This document shows positions 43,126 through 58,948 of a DNA stretch of 64,000 nucleotides, piece after piece. This stretch comes from the human T2T-CHM13v2.0 reference genome, Homo sapiens. How positions within the stretch are numbered: position 1 is the first letter of the stretch; each line of letters opens with the position of its first letter. The stretch lies in NCBI RefSeq assembly GCF_009914755.1, contig NC_060934.1. One strand, given 5' to 3'. Position numbers and translations under genes: made by a program. A model generated the notes under the pieces. It saw nothing but the letters and a program-made list of their open reading frames with translations. It made no database searches and was not told the origin of the DNA.

Positions 43126-43854
43126 GAATAAATGTCCTTTATACTCAGCAGGAGTCTTTAAATACTTTAATTTGCCAAAACATTCTCTTAGTTTTCTCGC
43201 ACTTGATGTAATGAATGTCCTGAGAGGTAGTTTTTTAAAAACCGAGTCAATCTTTAAGTAAAACATTTCAGGCTAAGAATTAACCATTGTAAGGAATATG
43301 TCAAAAATTTCTTCAGTATAGTGAAACATGTTTTGTGATAGAAGCATCCCCCCAGTTTGTCCTTTATCAACTAGGATTTTCATATATGAGGCTTGCTGAA
43401 AAAAGGCAGCGTTGTCCAGGTTTCCTCACTTGGCTCCCAATTCACCCATAAGAAAGAATGTTCTTGTAAAAGATCATGTGGATTCATGATGCATTTGTGC
43501 TTACTTTAAAAAACAAAGTTGGTCAGATATCCTTAGGAATCTCTTGTGATTAAAATTCCTGGGTTGAAACTCTAGAAGAGATTTCTCAAACTTTGAAGCA
43601 ATTGTTTAGTTAATATGGACCTGAGAGATTCTATGCCTTTTACCAAAAAAAATATATCTTCTAGGATTACTTTGCAGATGGGACATAGGTAAAAAAGCAT
43701 GGCCTGAAGTGAGGAGAAGATGTGATGAATGACAAAGGTGTGAACCCTCAGGCACCATTATTTTAGAGGGACTTTCAGTGATCAGGGACTATGAGGAGGA
43801 AACAGTCTTAGCAGTGAGAGAGGTCTTAGAGAAGATTTAGGTTCTCCTGTTTCT

Positions 43855-44225
<371 letters not shown>

Positions 44226-46052
44226 TAAGTCACCTTTTTATAAAGTTAACCTAAGACTTTTCAGTGCTGAAGATGGAGCTATAGGGTTAAGTAACTGGAA
44301 AGGTAACATATTTCCAAAGCCATTTCAGAAAATCAGTCTTGGCGTTAAGTTAGAGTGAACTATTCCATTCTCTCTCTGCTATACCCATTGATACCCCATC
44401 CTAACCCAGACACCTAGCTGATTTTGTTTTCCTGATGTGAAAAATACTCTAATTCAAAAATGAACCCTCCATCAAGTTTCAAAGACAACACAGAAGAAAG
44501 TAGGCAAGTTTTATCTATGATTTATACCTTTCTAAATCCAAATTAGATTTGATCTGGCTTCATCAAAACCAATAAAAATATCAAAGAACCATTAAAATAA
44601 GAATTAATACAAGTAGCTGTTGGGTAAAATATGTGTTCCAGAAAAATTAAGATAAAGATGATGGCTGTAATTGCAGTTAATATTGGAATATAAGACAAAA
44701 GAAGAAATGTAAGGCATTATTACATGGATTGCATTGTTTAAGACGAGGTTTATACCAGCTCATTAGAAAAAAAAAAGTTTTAAGGCATTATCTTCCAACA
44801 ACTCTTATATCTTAATGTTTTTGACATCTGATTATCTACTAAGCAGTTATATATCACAGTTGTTTTATGAAATGTTTTCCATGTGGCTATATCTTTACCA
44901 TAAAACTTCAAAATCCAACAACACAGTATTAAGTCATGCAGTGAGAAGGCCATAACTTAGAATCTATAGATTTCCAGGGATCTAATTTAATACATGGAAA
45001 AAGTTGATGTAGTCTTGATAATTGCTTTAGCCCTCAGATGGTTGGTCCTTGGCTATTAGTTGTCTTAGCAGGTTGGGTAACTTCAGCTGAAGAGGAATAT
45101 TTGAGAGGCAGATCATTGTTGAAGACTTGAATGGCAAAAGAGAGTTAGAAAAGTCATTTCTCCCACAGTGACAAAATTCCAAAATTTTTAATATGTTCCA
45201 ATAATACCAGCTACTACTCTACACTTTCCCCGGGAATGACATTGGAAATTTATGGATTCAGATGCTGTACTTTTAGATGTTCTGCAATGGTTTGGTTGGA
45301 ACAAGAGATGAGACATTAGGAAATGTTACCTGAACTGTGTATGAGGAAAAAGATTTTGTTTATCAGCCTCTTTTGTTTCCCTTTGCCATGAAAAGTCTAT
45401 CTAAAATCTGTTCACCATGCCTTACTGTTTTCATAAATGCAAAATATATTACACACATTATTTTTTTTTAATTAAAAGTTTCTGGCTGAGTCAATTTTTT
45501 TTGAAAGCTAATTTTCAGATATGATCCTTTAGGTTTATTTAACTCGATACAAGTTCCCCACATTTTTAGCACCGGCTTTTAAAGAACAGTCTAAAAAATG
45601 TTAGAAATAAAATTAAGACGCAAGCCAGTTTTATGGCATACACCCAAGTAGAACTTCATCCTTGGTGTTCTCATCCTAGCAGTGGCCTCCAGAAGGCTGC
45701 CCGCTGATGTCCAGAAACTGAGATTTAGGGCAGTTTCTCATATTTCTGGCTCAGTCGAGGAACATGGGAAGGTACACGTTCTGCATTGCTGGAGGGTAGA
45801 TTATGTCTTCTTAGGCAGAGGAGTTAGTGAAAGGTCCTGGTCTACTGGCATCCAGATTTCACAAGTTAGCTCTGTGGTATGGATTTGAAACTAAGCAGGC
45901 CCCTGTCTGGAGATGAGGTTCTGTCTGGAGCAGGGAGGAGCCAGACTTTCCATCCAGGAAAGCTGCTTTCATGCAGGACAGCAGGCGAGAGCCCCCAGGC
46001 ACCACCATGACGCTCTTCGGTTTCTTGTGATTCTGAGTCACTCTCTTGGGGG

Positions 46053-46400
46053 CTGTTAAGGGAGGAATTGTGCCTACCCTCTCCCAAATTCATATGTTGA
46101 AGTCCTAACTCCTAATACTTCAGCATGTGGCTGTATTTGGAGGTAGGAACTTCGGAGAGGTGATTATGTTAAAATGAGGTCATAAGTGTAGGTCTTAATC
46201 CGATATGACTGGTGTCCTTACAAGAAGAACAGATTTGGATATAGACGTGTACAGAGAGAAGACCATGTGAAGACATAAGAAAAAGACAGCTATCTACAAG
46301 CCAGGGAGAGAGGCTTCAGAAGGAACCCACACAGCTGACACCTTGATCAAAATAACTCTGTTGTTTAAGCCCCTTAGCACAGCCCCACGTACTTAATTGT
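46053..46400 (+). mobile_element. MaLR LTR (MLT1B-like)
   Basis: aaattcatatgttgaagtcctaac...tgactggtgtccttacaagaag...gaagaccatgtgaagaca. Confidence 0.8.
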
Positions 46401-47415
46401 GGCAGCCTGAACAAATGAGTACGGGGACTCCTGTCTTCTTCTTTCGTCCTGTCTCCTTTGAGGGGAATGTCAGGCTTATGACAGTTGTCACAAACATATT
46501 GTGTGTCTTTCTTCAAGACATTAAAATTGTGTGTGTCAAGCTTTCCATTCACTTTAATTTGTTTTCATTTCAGCACATCAGCTTGGTTTCTTAGCATTCC
46601 AAGGGGAAAGTTTAAAACCTTTTTGCATATAGACTCCATTTGCACGGCTACTTTTCTTTTCGGCGATTCTCAAGCCCCATCCTCAAATTCAGCCCGTGGA
46701 AGTTGTTTGACATCTAACTGAGTTAACTGCATCCTATCAAGCGAAGCTCCTATTTTCAGCCTGCTGAGTTTGGCTACTCAAAAGTTGGTTAATGTCATTA
46801 AAAATGATATTCCCACCAACTTTTCATTTGCAGAATTTGCTAAGGTGTTAATTGGCTTTCAGACATCCCTGGCTAAACATCTCCCTATAATATAAAGCTA
46901 AACATGATAAAAATAAATTACTTGTTTTCCCCTCTCTTTCTGCCCCAAGTTTTGCCCACTCTCGGGTTTTGTTTTGTTTTTTTTTAATCTCCATTCATGT
47001 GTTTATTAAGAATCGATTTGGTTTCTGGCACTGCTAAAGGTGCCATGATGAGTTATTTTAAAAACATATACAATCTGGTTCTTGTATTTAAGGAATTTTC
47101 AGTATAACTAAAGACACATGGTAACTATGTAAGGACTGACTTTAAAATATCCATAAATCAAAGACTTCCCGGATGAAGCTCTGATTACACCCAGCCACCC
47201 CGGACTCCTGGCTGTTCCAGCAGTCTCGCCCAGCACCTACATCCCTGCCGCTCTCTGCTTTGATTCACCCCACAAACGCCAGTTTCCCATACCCACATCT
47301 AGACCTCTGCCCATCAGAGAGCCCTCCACTGGGTAAAATATTAATAGCACCCCTGCTGCCGGTCTCTGTCTCCTTACCTGCTGCATTCTAGTTTCATGAT
47401 GCTTCTTTAACAGAA

Positions 47416-47572
47416 CAGTGATTCTCAGACTTTAGCAGGAGACGTGTTAAAGCGCAGGTTTCTAGCCCTACCTCCTGAGTTTCTGATTCAGTAGGTCTAG
47501 GGTGGGACCTCATAATTTGCATTTCTCACAATTTCCCAGGTGACATGGATGCTGCAGGTCAGGGGACCACTG
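47416..47572. mobile_element. MER5A-like hAT element
   Basis: cagtgattctcagacttt...gtttctgattcagtaggtctagggtggg...tttgcatttct...gggaccac. Confidence 0.75.
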
Positions 47573-48203
47573 ATTGAGGGTGAGACATGCCCTCAGAAAG
47601 AATGAAATGGTTATTTCAGTGACCACCATCACCACATAAGGGCATGTGAATCAGTCCCCAGTGGAGAATAGAAAGTTGTCATTTTACATTGGCAGGAAAA
47701 CATAGAGGCCCTTGCAGGGAGGACCTCTCCCCCATTCTTTGCTGTTCTTATTTTTGATCCCTACTTGATCTCTGAATCACCTCATCTGCCACCTCTTTCC
47801 CCCGCTGGACACCCTTAGACTCAACATCTGACCTCCGCCCTGTTGCTCCGGTCTTGGAGGGTAATCTTTTCTTATGCCTTTGTGCCACTCTGCACATACA
47901 TCCCAAGTTACTTCATTCAAGGATTTCCCACACCAGTGTCCTGCCCTTCTCCTGCCCCAGGGACACTCTGGCTCCAACCATGGTCAGTTTAGCAACCAGA
48001 TGTTGATATCATTCATGGTGTGGACGAGGCAAAGGACCAGTGCTTAAGGCCAGTGCACCTGAGAATGTCCCTGGAAAAGAAAGTTCCCTTGGAACAAGAT
48101 GCTCTATGCTTTGATTCAGTAATTGGCCTTTCTTGATTCTAGGGCTAGGCACGTTCTTGTGCTTCCATTTGGTTCATAAAAGGAACCACATAATGTAGGA
48201 GCC

Positions 48204-48495
48204 TTTTTTTAAGAGACAGAGTCCTGCTCTGTCACCCAGGCTGGAGTTCGGTGGTGCAGTCATAGTTCTACAGCCTCAATCTCCTGGGCTCAAGCAAGCC
48301 TCCCACCTCAGCCTCTCAAGTAGCTGGTACTACAGGTGTGTACTATCAATTACACTTGGCTATTTTGTTGTTGTTGTTAATTTTGTAGGGACGGGGGTCT
48401 CACGATTAGCCCAGGCTGGTCTCAAGCTTCAGGTGGTCATCTACCTCAGCCTCCAAAACTGCTGGAATTACAGGCATGAACCACCAAGCCCAGCC
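48204..48495 (-). mobile_element. Alu (J-like)
   Basis: Antisense Alu. Confidence 0.9.
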
Positions 48496-48563
48496 TATAG
48501 GAGCCTTCTTAAGAGTAAAAACTCAATTAAAACTACATACCAATGCCAGCAATGATTCTTTTA

Positions 48564-48887
<324 letters not shown>

Positions 48888-48899
48888 TCACCAAGTATC

Positions 48900-49620
48900 T
48901 ACCAGGCAATCTTAATAAAACAGCCACAAACCTCTGGCTTCTGGAGCTTCTGTTCTGTTGGAGGAGGCAGCTGATAAAGAAATAAAATATATAATAGATG
49001 GTATAAGTGCTATGGAGAAAAATAAAGCAGGAGAAGGGATACAGAGAGCGCTGAAGACATGAAGATGGGAGAGTTGTAATTTTATGAAAGATGGACAGGG
49101 GGAGCCTCACTGAGAAGGCAGCCTTCGAGCCATGACCTGGAGCATGTGAAGATGTAAGCCATGCAGATATCTGGGGGAAGAGAGTTCCAGGCAGAGGAAC
49201 AGTCAATGCAAAAGCCCGAGAAAGAGCATGCCTGGAGCATTCAAGGAACAGCAAAAAGGCCACTATGATCGGAATGATGTCAGAAAGGTAACAGGCCAAA
49301 TATTGGATGGCTTTTGCAAAACAAACACTCTGGCTCCACTGGCAACATTGGAAAGAGAATGTCTGCTTCATTGCAGAGGTAGGATCAGTGGCGCCACTTC
49401 AGATTTAAAGACTATTCTGGCTACTGGGTTTGGAACAGACTAAAGGCAGTGTGGACAGGAGCTGGGAGACCAGTTAGGAGTCTTGCAATAATCCAGGAAG
49501 ATGGGAGTGTTAGCAGAGTGAGCAGGGAAAAGAATCTGGGTTCTGTAGATGCTTTGAAATGAGATTAAGGTTGGTTTCTGCCATCCAGGAGTTTGTGTTC
49601 TGATGGAGAAGGCACAGATG
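48900..49620 (-). mobile_element. L2 fragment
   Basis: gcagatatctgggggaagagagttccaggcagaggaacag...ggagaccagttaggag resembles L2. Confidence 0.7.
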
Positions 49621-49630
49621 TAAGAAACTC

Positions 49631-49908
49631 TTTTTTTTTTTTTTTTTTTTTGAGACGGAGTCTCACTCTGTCACCCAGGCTGGAGTGCAATGGTGCCATC
49701 TTGGCTCACTGCAACCTCATACCTCCTGGGTTCAAGCAATTCTCCTGTCTACAGGCATGCAGCACCACACCCGGCTAATTTTTGTATTTTTAATAGAGAC
49801 AGGATTTCACTATGTTGGCCAGGCTGGTCTCGAACTCCTGACCTCGCGATCCACCCGGCTTGGCCTCCCAAAGTGCTGGGATTACAGGCGTGAACCACTG
49901 TGCCTGGC
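49631..49908 (-). mobile_element. Alu (S-like) with a small internal deletion
   Basis: Antisense Alu; TSD gatgtaagaaactctt. Confidence 0.95.
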
Positions 49909-50527
49909 TGATGTAAGAAACTCTTAACCGAGGATATGATGCAAACATCACCATAGTAGCTAACATTTGCTAAGCACTCATTCTATGCTAGGCGGTATCT
50001 AACACACCAACCAGCAAAGCCAAGATTGGAACCCAAGCAGCCTTGTCTGTAGAACCTACATACTTAACCACTACAATGTACGAAAAAGTAAAAACGACAA
50101 AGATCTTATCTGGATAACTGGGAGAGTTTTTAATGAAAAGTAGCATTTGATTTGGGTTTTGAAGGATGACTAGAAATTGACAGTTTGAAAAGGGGGAAGG
50201 TCTCTTATGAGAGCAGTGACTATAATAATAAGATTCCACTAATAACCATGTAGTGATCACTTGAACATTCCAGCAATGAAGCTGGAGCCACAGAGGTGTA
50301 TTTCTCTCTACAGCAGTTATTCCATCCTATCCAGTGCCATTCACACCTGTAGCTACAGCTGTTCCCACAACCCCACCCCCAATAAAGAGGGCACTGAGTG
50401 TACCCGGAAGCAGCCAGTAGAGTAATCAGGATCATCTCATCTGGGTTCCTTTACTTACCTTGTCTGTGACATTGGGCAAGTTAATCAATCTCTGAGCCAT
50501 TTCTGTAAATACCTACCTCACAGAGTA

Positions 50528-51642
50528 CAGTTGACCCTTGAACAACACAGGGATTAGGGGCGCTGACTCCCCATGCAGTTGGAAATTCACATATAGCTTT
50601 TGACTCCCCCAAAACTTAACTACTAATAGCCTACCATTGAGCAGAAGGCTTGCCAATAACATAAGTAGTCAATTAACACATATTCGTATGTTCTATGTAT
50701 TCTATACTGTATTTTTACCATAAAGTAAGCTATAGAAAAGAAAATCTTATTAAGATAATCATTAAGAGAAACTACTATTTATTTAGTGGAAGTGGGTCAT
50801 CATTAAGCTCTTCATCCCCATCATCTTCACATTGAATAAAGCTGAAGAAGAGGAGGAGGGGTTGGTCTTGCTGTCTGAGGGGTAGCAGAAGCAAAAGGAA
50901 ATCCACATACTGTTAAGAATGGCAAATATCCGACTTATTGGTGGCAAATATGTACAGGTCTGCAGCAATCTCAATTCTTGCCTCCTCAGAAGAAACAATT
51001 TGACTGAGGGGCCTAAGGCAGAAAAAGAAACCAAGGCAAGTTTCAGGGCAGGAGTGGAAGTTTGTTAGAAAGCTTTAGAACAGGAAAGAAAGGAAAGTAC
51101 ACTTGGAAGAGACCCAAGCAGGCACCTTGGAGCTCAAGTGTGGCATTTTTATATATCGACATATTTCAGGGGTCTTGTGTCCTTTTTCCCATGATTCTTT
51201 CCTCTGGGTGGGCCGCCCGCATGCACAGTGACCTGCTAACACTTAAGAGTTGAGCGTGCACAGTGTGTTTACTGCAGTTGTACACATGCCCACCTGAGGC
51301 ATTCTTCCCTTTTCCAGTGGCATGCCCCCAGAAGATCATGCTTTGCCATTTTGTCTCTAAATGTGCAAACCAAAGTCTAGTGGCCCAATTTCTGAGCTGC
51401 CAGTTACCAATTTCAAGTGTTTTTATTTATAGGGAAACTGCCTTTCCCTGGTACTGGCTGCGACCAATTATTATTTTAGAGAGACCATTAACAACTACCT
51501 GACCATCACCTGATGGTTGCCTGACTTTCCTGGTAGGGTTGGAGGGAGCCCTCTCCTGCCCCGCTCATGCCTGACTAGCTGCCTACCATAATAATAGAAG
51601 TGGACCCACACAGCTCAAACTGTATTGTTCACAGGTCAACTG
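50528..51642 (+). mobile_element. Tigger2-family (Tigger2a-like) DNA transposon interrupted by an LTR
   Basis: Terminal inverted repeats cagttgacccttgaacaa / ttgttcacaggtcaactg with TA on both sides. Confidence 0.85.
50911..51593 (-). mobile_element. Solo ERV1-class (MER4-group-like) LTR
   Basis: Starts TGTTA and splits the Tigger sequence aatccac...aagtggaccc; approximate 4-bp TSD ATAC / ATAG. Confidence 0.75.
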
Positions 51643-52806
51643 TAGTTGTACATAGCCAGTGAGATCATATAGGTCATGTTCTTAATACACTGCCTGATAT
51701 ATAGTAAGTACTCTGTAAATTAGCTGATGGTCATAGCGATGAACTGAGGTTTTTTTCTTAATGTCTATTGCATTCTAAGGTAGGACATTACAAATTTCAT
51801 TTAGAAATATTTACATCATAATGGTTAAAATTAAGACATTTCTCATTTGTGACGTACTCACTTTTAACTTATTCTTTTTACCGATGATGTTAACTCAAAC
51901 CTCATCTCTTTCCCAATTCAAAAAAATGCTCTATCATTGTCCTTTCACATCGTGTTTCATTTGCTAAGTTCATGAGTTATTTTATAATAATTAACATTTT
52001 AGATTGGTCAGCTGAATTCTGATAGTCTTTATTCTCATTGGTAACATGTCACTGAGTTATATTTTAGGTTATCTTAGATCCCATCTCTAAATTCTAATGG
52101 CCACTCTGTGTTGCACTGTTCTTTTCAATTCTGTCTTTCAGTTCCTGGGTCCATCAGATCTAAGAATGTGACTGAGGTATTCCAGCATGGAGAGAGTTAA
52201 TGTGAGGTTGAATGTGGATAATGCTTCAGAAAGAGTCCAAAAAATACAGAAATTATGCTAATAGGAAAGAATGAGTATCAGAAGATTTCTAGCAATATAG
52301 CAGCATGAGGGATCTTAGATGCTAACTGTACCCCTTGTCACCACAAACACGTAGCGACCCAGGATGAAATATAATAATAACAAAAAAATAATAATAATAC
52401 ATGGCAAGTTTGAAAGCGATGAAAGGAAATCTCCAGATTCCAAAAGTGAAGAAGAATATCAAAGTGGAAATCACCATGGACATGGATATTTCAGAGATGG
52501 GTACCATGTCTTTGAACTAGGACTTTGCTACTTAACATAGCAACAGGAAAATGAACAGATAGATGGACTAATCGCCCCTGCGTAAATAGCCTAGAGGTTC
52601 AAATAACTGATCATTTATTTTTTAAAAATGGGTAGATAGAACTCTAATCACATCCCAGGAAAGCAGCAAAGAGGTTTGCCTCTGACCTGAGAATTGGGGC
52701 AGAAAAAAAAATTATCTGGGAGAAACAAAAGCCCTAGACAGGAACCGTGCACAGGGATGAAGCCTGGACTTATACTACCTGACCTGCATTTTGGGGACTT
52801 CCCACA

Positions 52807-53155
52807 GTATATCAGTCAGGATAGGCTAGTTAATGCTGCAGTAACAATTCCCAAATCTCAACAGCACTTATCACAACCACTGTTTATTTCTTGCTTAAGT
52901 TGCTTGCCCAGTGCAGCTTGGCAAGAGGTCCTGCCTGTCATAGCCACCCAGGGTCCCCATGCTGATGGAAGCCCCATCTCAACATGTCACAGAAGCAGGA
53001 TAAAGGGAGCATAACAAATCTTGGCTCTTAAAGCTTCTGCAAGAAGTGATGCTTTGGTTAAAAGAAGCCACAGATCCATGCTTACCTCCAAAGGGGACAA
53101 GGAAGTGCAATCCAACAATGGACCTGGAATATTTGTGAACAATACTAGAGACAAT
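52807..53155 (-). mobile_element. Old MaLR LTR (MLT1I/J-like)
   Basis: tatatcagtcaggataggctag...tgctgcagtaacaa...ggaagtgcaatcc...gaatatttgtgaacaatacta. Confidence 0.6.
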
Positions 53156-53480
53156 CACACCAAGCCTATACATTAACCTAAAAGTAATCAGGATCATTGA
53201 AATCCCTAGTCCAGAGTATTCAGCTGAAGAGAGAAATAGTCAACCAGAATATAAATATGAGGAAATCTCACAATCTGAGGAGAGAAAACATGAAAGACCA
53301 ACTTAGAGACAGGATCAAGCAACCAGGGCCACCTATGTCTGAGAGGAATTCTGGAAGATAAGGCTAGAAAAAAATTGGGGAAAGACAATAGTGGATGAGA
53401 GAATAGATGAGAATTTTTCTAGAATTGAAGACAAACCTGAGACTTAAGATTGAAAAATAACACAAAATTCCAAGCAAGAA

Positions 53481-53483
<3 letters not shown>

Positions 53484-53523
<40 letters not shown>
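53484..53523. repeat. (CA)n microsatellite
   Basis: Direct observation. Confidence 0.95.
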
Positions 53524-53525
<2 letters not shown>

Positions 53526-54750
53526 CCCACTTTGGAGAAACTGCAAAACATCAAAGATCAAAAGAAAATTTTAAAAGCAGCTGGAGAGAAATGACAGGTT
53601 ACTTACAAAGAAAAGAAAACTTAATACCAGCATGCTTTTATAAGCCAAGAAGTCAGAAAGCAAGAGTAATAGCTTCAAAATCCAAGGGAAAGAAGTTACC
53701 ATCAACCAATATATATATATATATATATTTTTATCCAGCAAAATTCTTTATTTGAGAGTGAGGGCAAAAAGAGCCTACTTTAAGATAAACAAGATTAGGA
53801 GTATTTACCATTCACAGACTCACTGAAAGTACTATTACCATATGTATTTCACACAAAAATCCTTAATACATTATAAGCAAATCAGATTCATCAAGGTGTA
53901 AAAGCAATAATACATCACAACCAAGCGAGGTTTATTCCAGGTATGCACGGCTGGTTCAATATTTGAAAATTTATAAAGTAATCCACCATATGAACAGGCT
54001 GAAGAAGGAGAATCATATGATCATGTTAATTGACAGTTAAAAATATTTGATAAAATCTAACAACAATTCATGATTAAAAAAACACAAAACTCCCAGCAAA
54101 CTAGGAATAGAGGTGAACTTTCTCACTTCATAAAGAGCATCTACCAGAAACCTACAGCCAACATCATACTTTCCCTCTAAGATAGGGAACAGCCAGGACT
54201 GTCTGATCTTGCCACTCTTAACATAATTCTGGACATGGTAGCCACTGCAATAGGCAGGAAAAAGAAATAAAAGGCATGTAGTTTGGGAAGTAAGAAATAA
54301 AACTGTCTCTGTTTGCAGATGACATTATCTACATAGGAAATCCAATGAATGCACCAAAACAAAACTCTCCTAGAAGTAATGAGTGAGTTCAAGATCAACA
54401 TACAAAATCTATTGCATTTCTATATACTAAGAATGAGCAAATGGAAGCCAAAATAAAAAACACAGTACCATTTACAGTTGCTCCAGAGAACATGAAATAC
54501 TTAGGTATACATAAAACAAAACATGTATATGATCTGTATGTTGAAAATTACAATATGCTGTTGAAAGAAGTCAAAGACCTAATAACTGAAGAGACTATTT
54601 TCATAGATAGGAAGATTCAGCCAAATGAAGATGTCACTGCTCTCCCAAAAGATCTATAGGTTTAAAAATATTCCTGTAAAAACCACAGCAAGTTTTTTTT
54701 GTAAACATAAACAAGCTTGTTCTAAAATTTATATAAAAAGGCAAACGAGT

Positions 54751-55085
<335 letters not shown>

Positions 55086-55265
55086 CTAAAACTATTTTGA
55101 CAAAGAAAAATGAAGTGGGAGGAATTATTCCACCAGATTTTTAGGCTGCTTATAGAGCTACAACAATCAGGACTTTGTAGTATTGGCAGACACATAGGTC
55201 AATGAAACAGAATAAAGAACCCAAAATAGAACCACCCAAATACGCCCACTTGGTCTTTTACAAAA

Positions 55266-55469
55266 TTTAAGAGTTCTTTATATATTCTAGATACTGGTCC
55301 TTCATCAAATGTGGTTTACAAATATTTCCTTTCAGTCTGTAGCTTGTCTTTTCATCCTCTGAAGGAGATCCAGTCTGGGCACGATGGCTCATGCCTGTAA
55401 TCCCAGCACTTTGGGAGGCTGATGTGGGAGGATCACTTGAGGTCAGGAGTTGGAGACCAGCCTGGCCAA
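55266..55469. repeat. Inverted duplicate of 55966-56169 (L1 flank plus Alu 5' part)
   Basis: Manual ungapped alignment to the reverse complement: about 11 mismatches in 204 nt. Confidence 0.92.
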
Positions 55470-55668
55470 CTGAAAAAGCAATTCAATGGAGGAACAATAG
55501 CTTTTTTAGCATATGGTACTGAAGAAATGGGATCTCCCCTCAAAAACTTCAACCTGAGTCTCACACTTAATACAAAAAAAACTCAAAATAGATCATAAAC
55601 TTGAATGTAAAATGGAAAACCATACAACTTTTAGATAAAAAGCAGAAGGTATTATTCAGGAACTGTAG

Positions 55669-56072
<404 letters not shown>

Positions 56073-56476
56073 TAACAGGATGGAAAGACAAGCTACAGAC
56101 TGAGAGGAAATATTTGTAAACCACATCTGATGAAGGACCAGTATCTAGAATATATAAAGAACTCTTAAAACTCAATAGTGAAAAATCAAGCAATCCAATT
56201 AGAAATTGGATGAACTACAGAAAGAGACATTTCACTAAAGAGGAGGTACAGATGGTAAATAAGCACATGAAAAGATGTTCAACATCATTAGCCTTTAGAA
56301 AAATGCAAATTAAAACCACAGTGAGGTAGCACTACCCATGCATCAGTATAGTTCAAATAAAAAAAATAGAGATAACACCCAATGCGGGCAGAGATTCAGA
56401 GAAACTGGATCACTTATACATTGCTGGTGGAAATGTAAAATGGAATAGCCACGCTAGAAAGTAGTTTTGCAGTTCC

Positions 56477-56783
56477 TTTTATTCATTTTTTATTTTTTGA
56501 GACAGGGTCTCCCTCTGTTGCCCAGGTTGGAGTACAGCGGCGTAATCACAGTTCCACCATAGCCCCCATCTCCCAGGCTCAGGTGATCCTCCCACCTCAA
56601 CTTCCTGACTAGCTGGGACTAAAGGAGCACGCCACCATGCCCAGCTAATTTTTTGTATTTATTTTAGACACAGGGTTTCACCATGCTACGCAGGCTGGTC
56701 TCGAACTCTGGGGTCAAGCGAGGAGCCTCCCGCTTTGGCCTCCCAAAGTGCTGAGATTAAGGCATGAGCCACTGAGCCCACCC
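56477..56783 (-). mobile_element. Alu (J-like)
   Basis: Antisense Alu; TSD cagttcctttt. Confidence 0.9.
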
Positions 56784-56810
56784 CTACAGTTCCTTTTAAA
56801 ACTAAAAGTG

Positions 56811-57170
<360 letters not shown>

Positions 57171-58907
57171 TCAGACAAATGAAAACTGTTTTCACCCAGA
57201 AACTTGTACATGAATATTACTAGCAGCTTTGTTTGTAAGAGCCAAAAGCTAGAAACTACCCACATGTCTGTCCTTCAGTGGGTGAATAGTTCAACTACGA
57301 TACATGCATACCATGGAATACTACTCTGCAACAAGGGACAAACTGTCGATACACAATGACTTGGATTTATGCTCAGTGAGGAAAAAAGAAAAAAGCCAGT
57401 CTCTAAAGTTTACATACTGTACCATTCCACTGATACAAAACATTGTTGAGATAAAATTATAGAGATGCAGAACAGATTAGTAGATGCCAGGGACTGGGGA
57501 TGTAGGTGGGAGAGAGGAGTTTGAATACAGAGGGGTAGCACTTGGGGGCCTAGTTATGATGGTACAATTATCTTAATTGTGTTAGTAGTTACACACAGCT
57601 ATACATGTGATAAAATCGTATAGAGCAACATAAAATTAATAACAAATACATACACACATACAAATACATGTGTATGTGTATCAACCTGAATAAGCTCTGT
57701 GGGTTGCAGCAATGCCAGTGACCCAGTTTTGTTATTGCCCTATAGTTATATAATTGGGGGAGGGAGGGCAAAGAGTGCCTGCGACCTCCCTGTACATTTC
57801 TTTGCAACTTTCTTATTATAATTTTTTTCAAAATAAAAATACATATACTTCTCTAAGAAGGATAATAAACCTAGAAGGAAAAACTGAAATGTGAGAAGTA
57901 ATGGTGAGAAAATAAATTAGTAAACATGTTTTTGGAAAACCTAAATGAGCATAAATCCTAATAAATCATGTAAGGGGGTTAAAAGTAAGGCAAAATAAAA
58001 ATACCTGGCAGAAACAATAAAAGACCAGAGAGAGTGATCAGAATGAAAGCATCCTAAAAGTCCTCCTATTTTCTAGAAGGAGACTGATAGCCATATACTT
58101 GAAATATTTTTATGATTAAAAGGCAGAATGGTATCTAAACCTACGATGCTATTTTGATATGAGGTGTCATTTACTGAGCATCTGCCCTGTGTCTGGAAAC
58201 CTGCTAACATCACAGTCTCTATTATAATTCTGAAAGGAAGTAGCTTTTTCCTCTTTTTATTGAAGAGAAACAAATGCCAAACAGGGGGTGAATAAAGTAC
58301 AAGTTAGAGCGGTAAGTGGTAAAGTCAATATTTGAACCCAGGGCTCTCTATCTCCTAAGCATATGTGCTTTTAACCTCCCTGTCCCCTCTTGAGCATAAT
58401 GAATATGGAAATAATGCATTTTCTAAAAGGAATGCTGCAGTGTTTTGAAGGTGAAGTAGTCTTACATTTTATAGAATGAAATATGAAATCATCTCCAAAC
58501 TATGAGCACAACAGAAAGCTTTCCTATCTTCCCTTTTTATTTGATTTCATTGACCAAAGTGTGGACAAAACTGATTACAAAATAGAAGGCTTTCACATCT
58601 TCCCTTTCCTTTCATATCAGCTCCAAACAGTCATTGTGAAGCCATGTGTCCCAGGAACCCATCATTCAATGAGTTGTGCTACTTGGAAGAATGACGAGCA
58701 ACAATTCACATTCAGATTTGGTGTTTTCTTCATCAAGCTATAAGCATAGAAATGAAATTTTTGACATTGTCCCATATGGATGAGAAAAGAAAAAGTGGTA
58801 TTTTGAAGATCAAAGAAAACCACAAATCTATGGATGTCCTATATGTAAATCTTGTTTCTGTTTCTCCTGATGCTAAAATGTTGAATTCTAAATATGCAAA
58901 GGTACAT

Positions 58908-58914
58908 TCACACA

Positions 58915-58948
<34 letters not shown>
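58908..58948. repeat. (CA)n microsatellite
   Basis: Direct observation. Confidence 0.95.
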
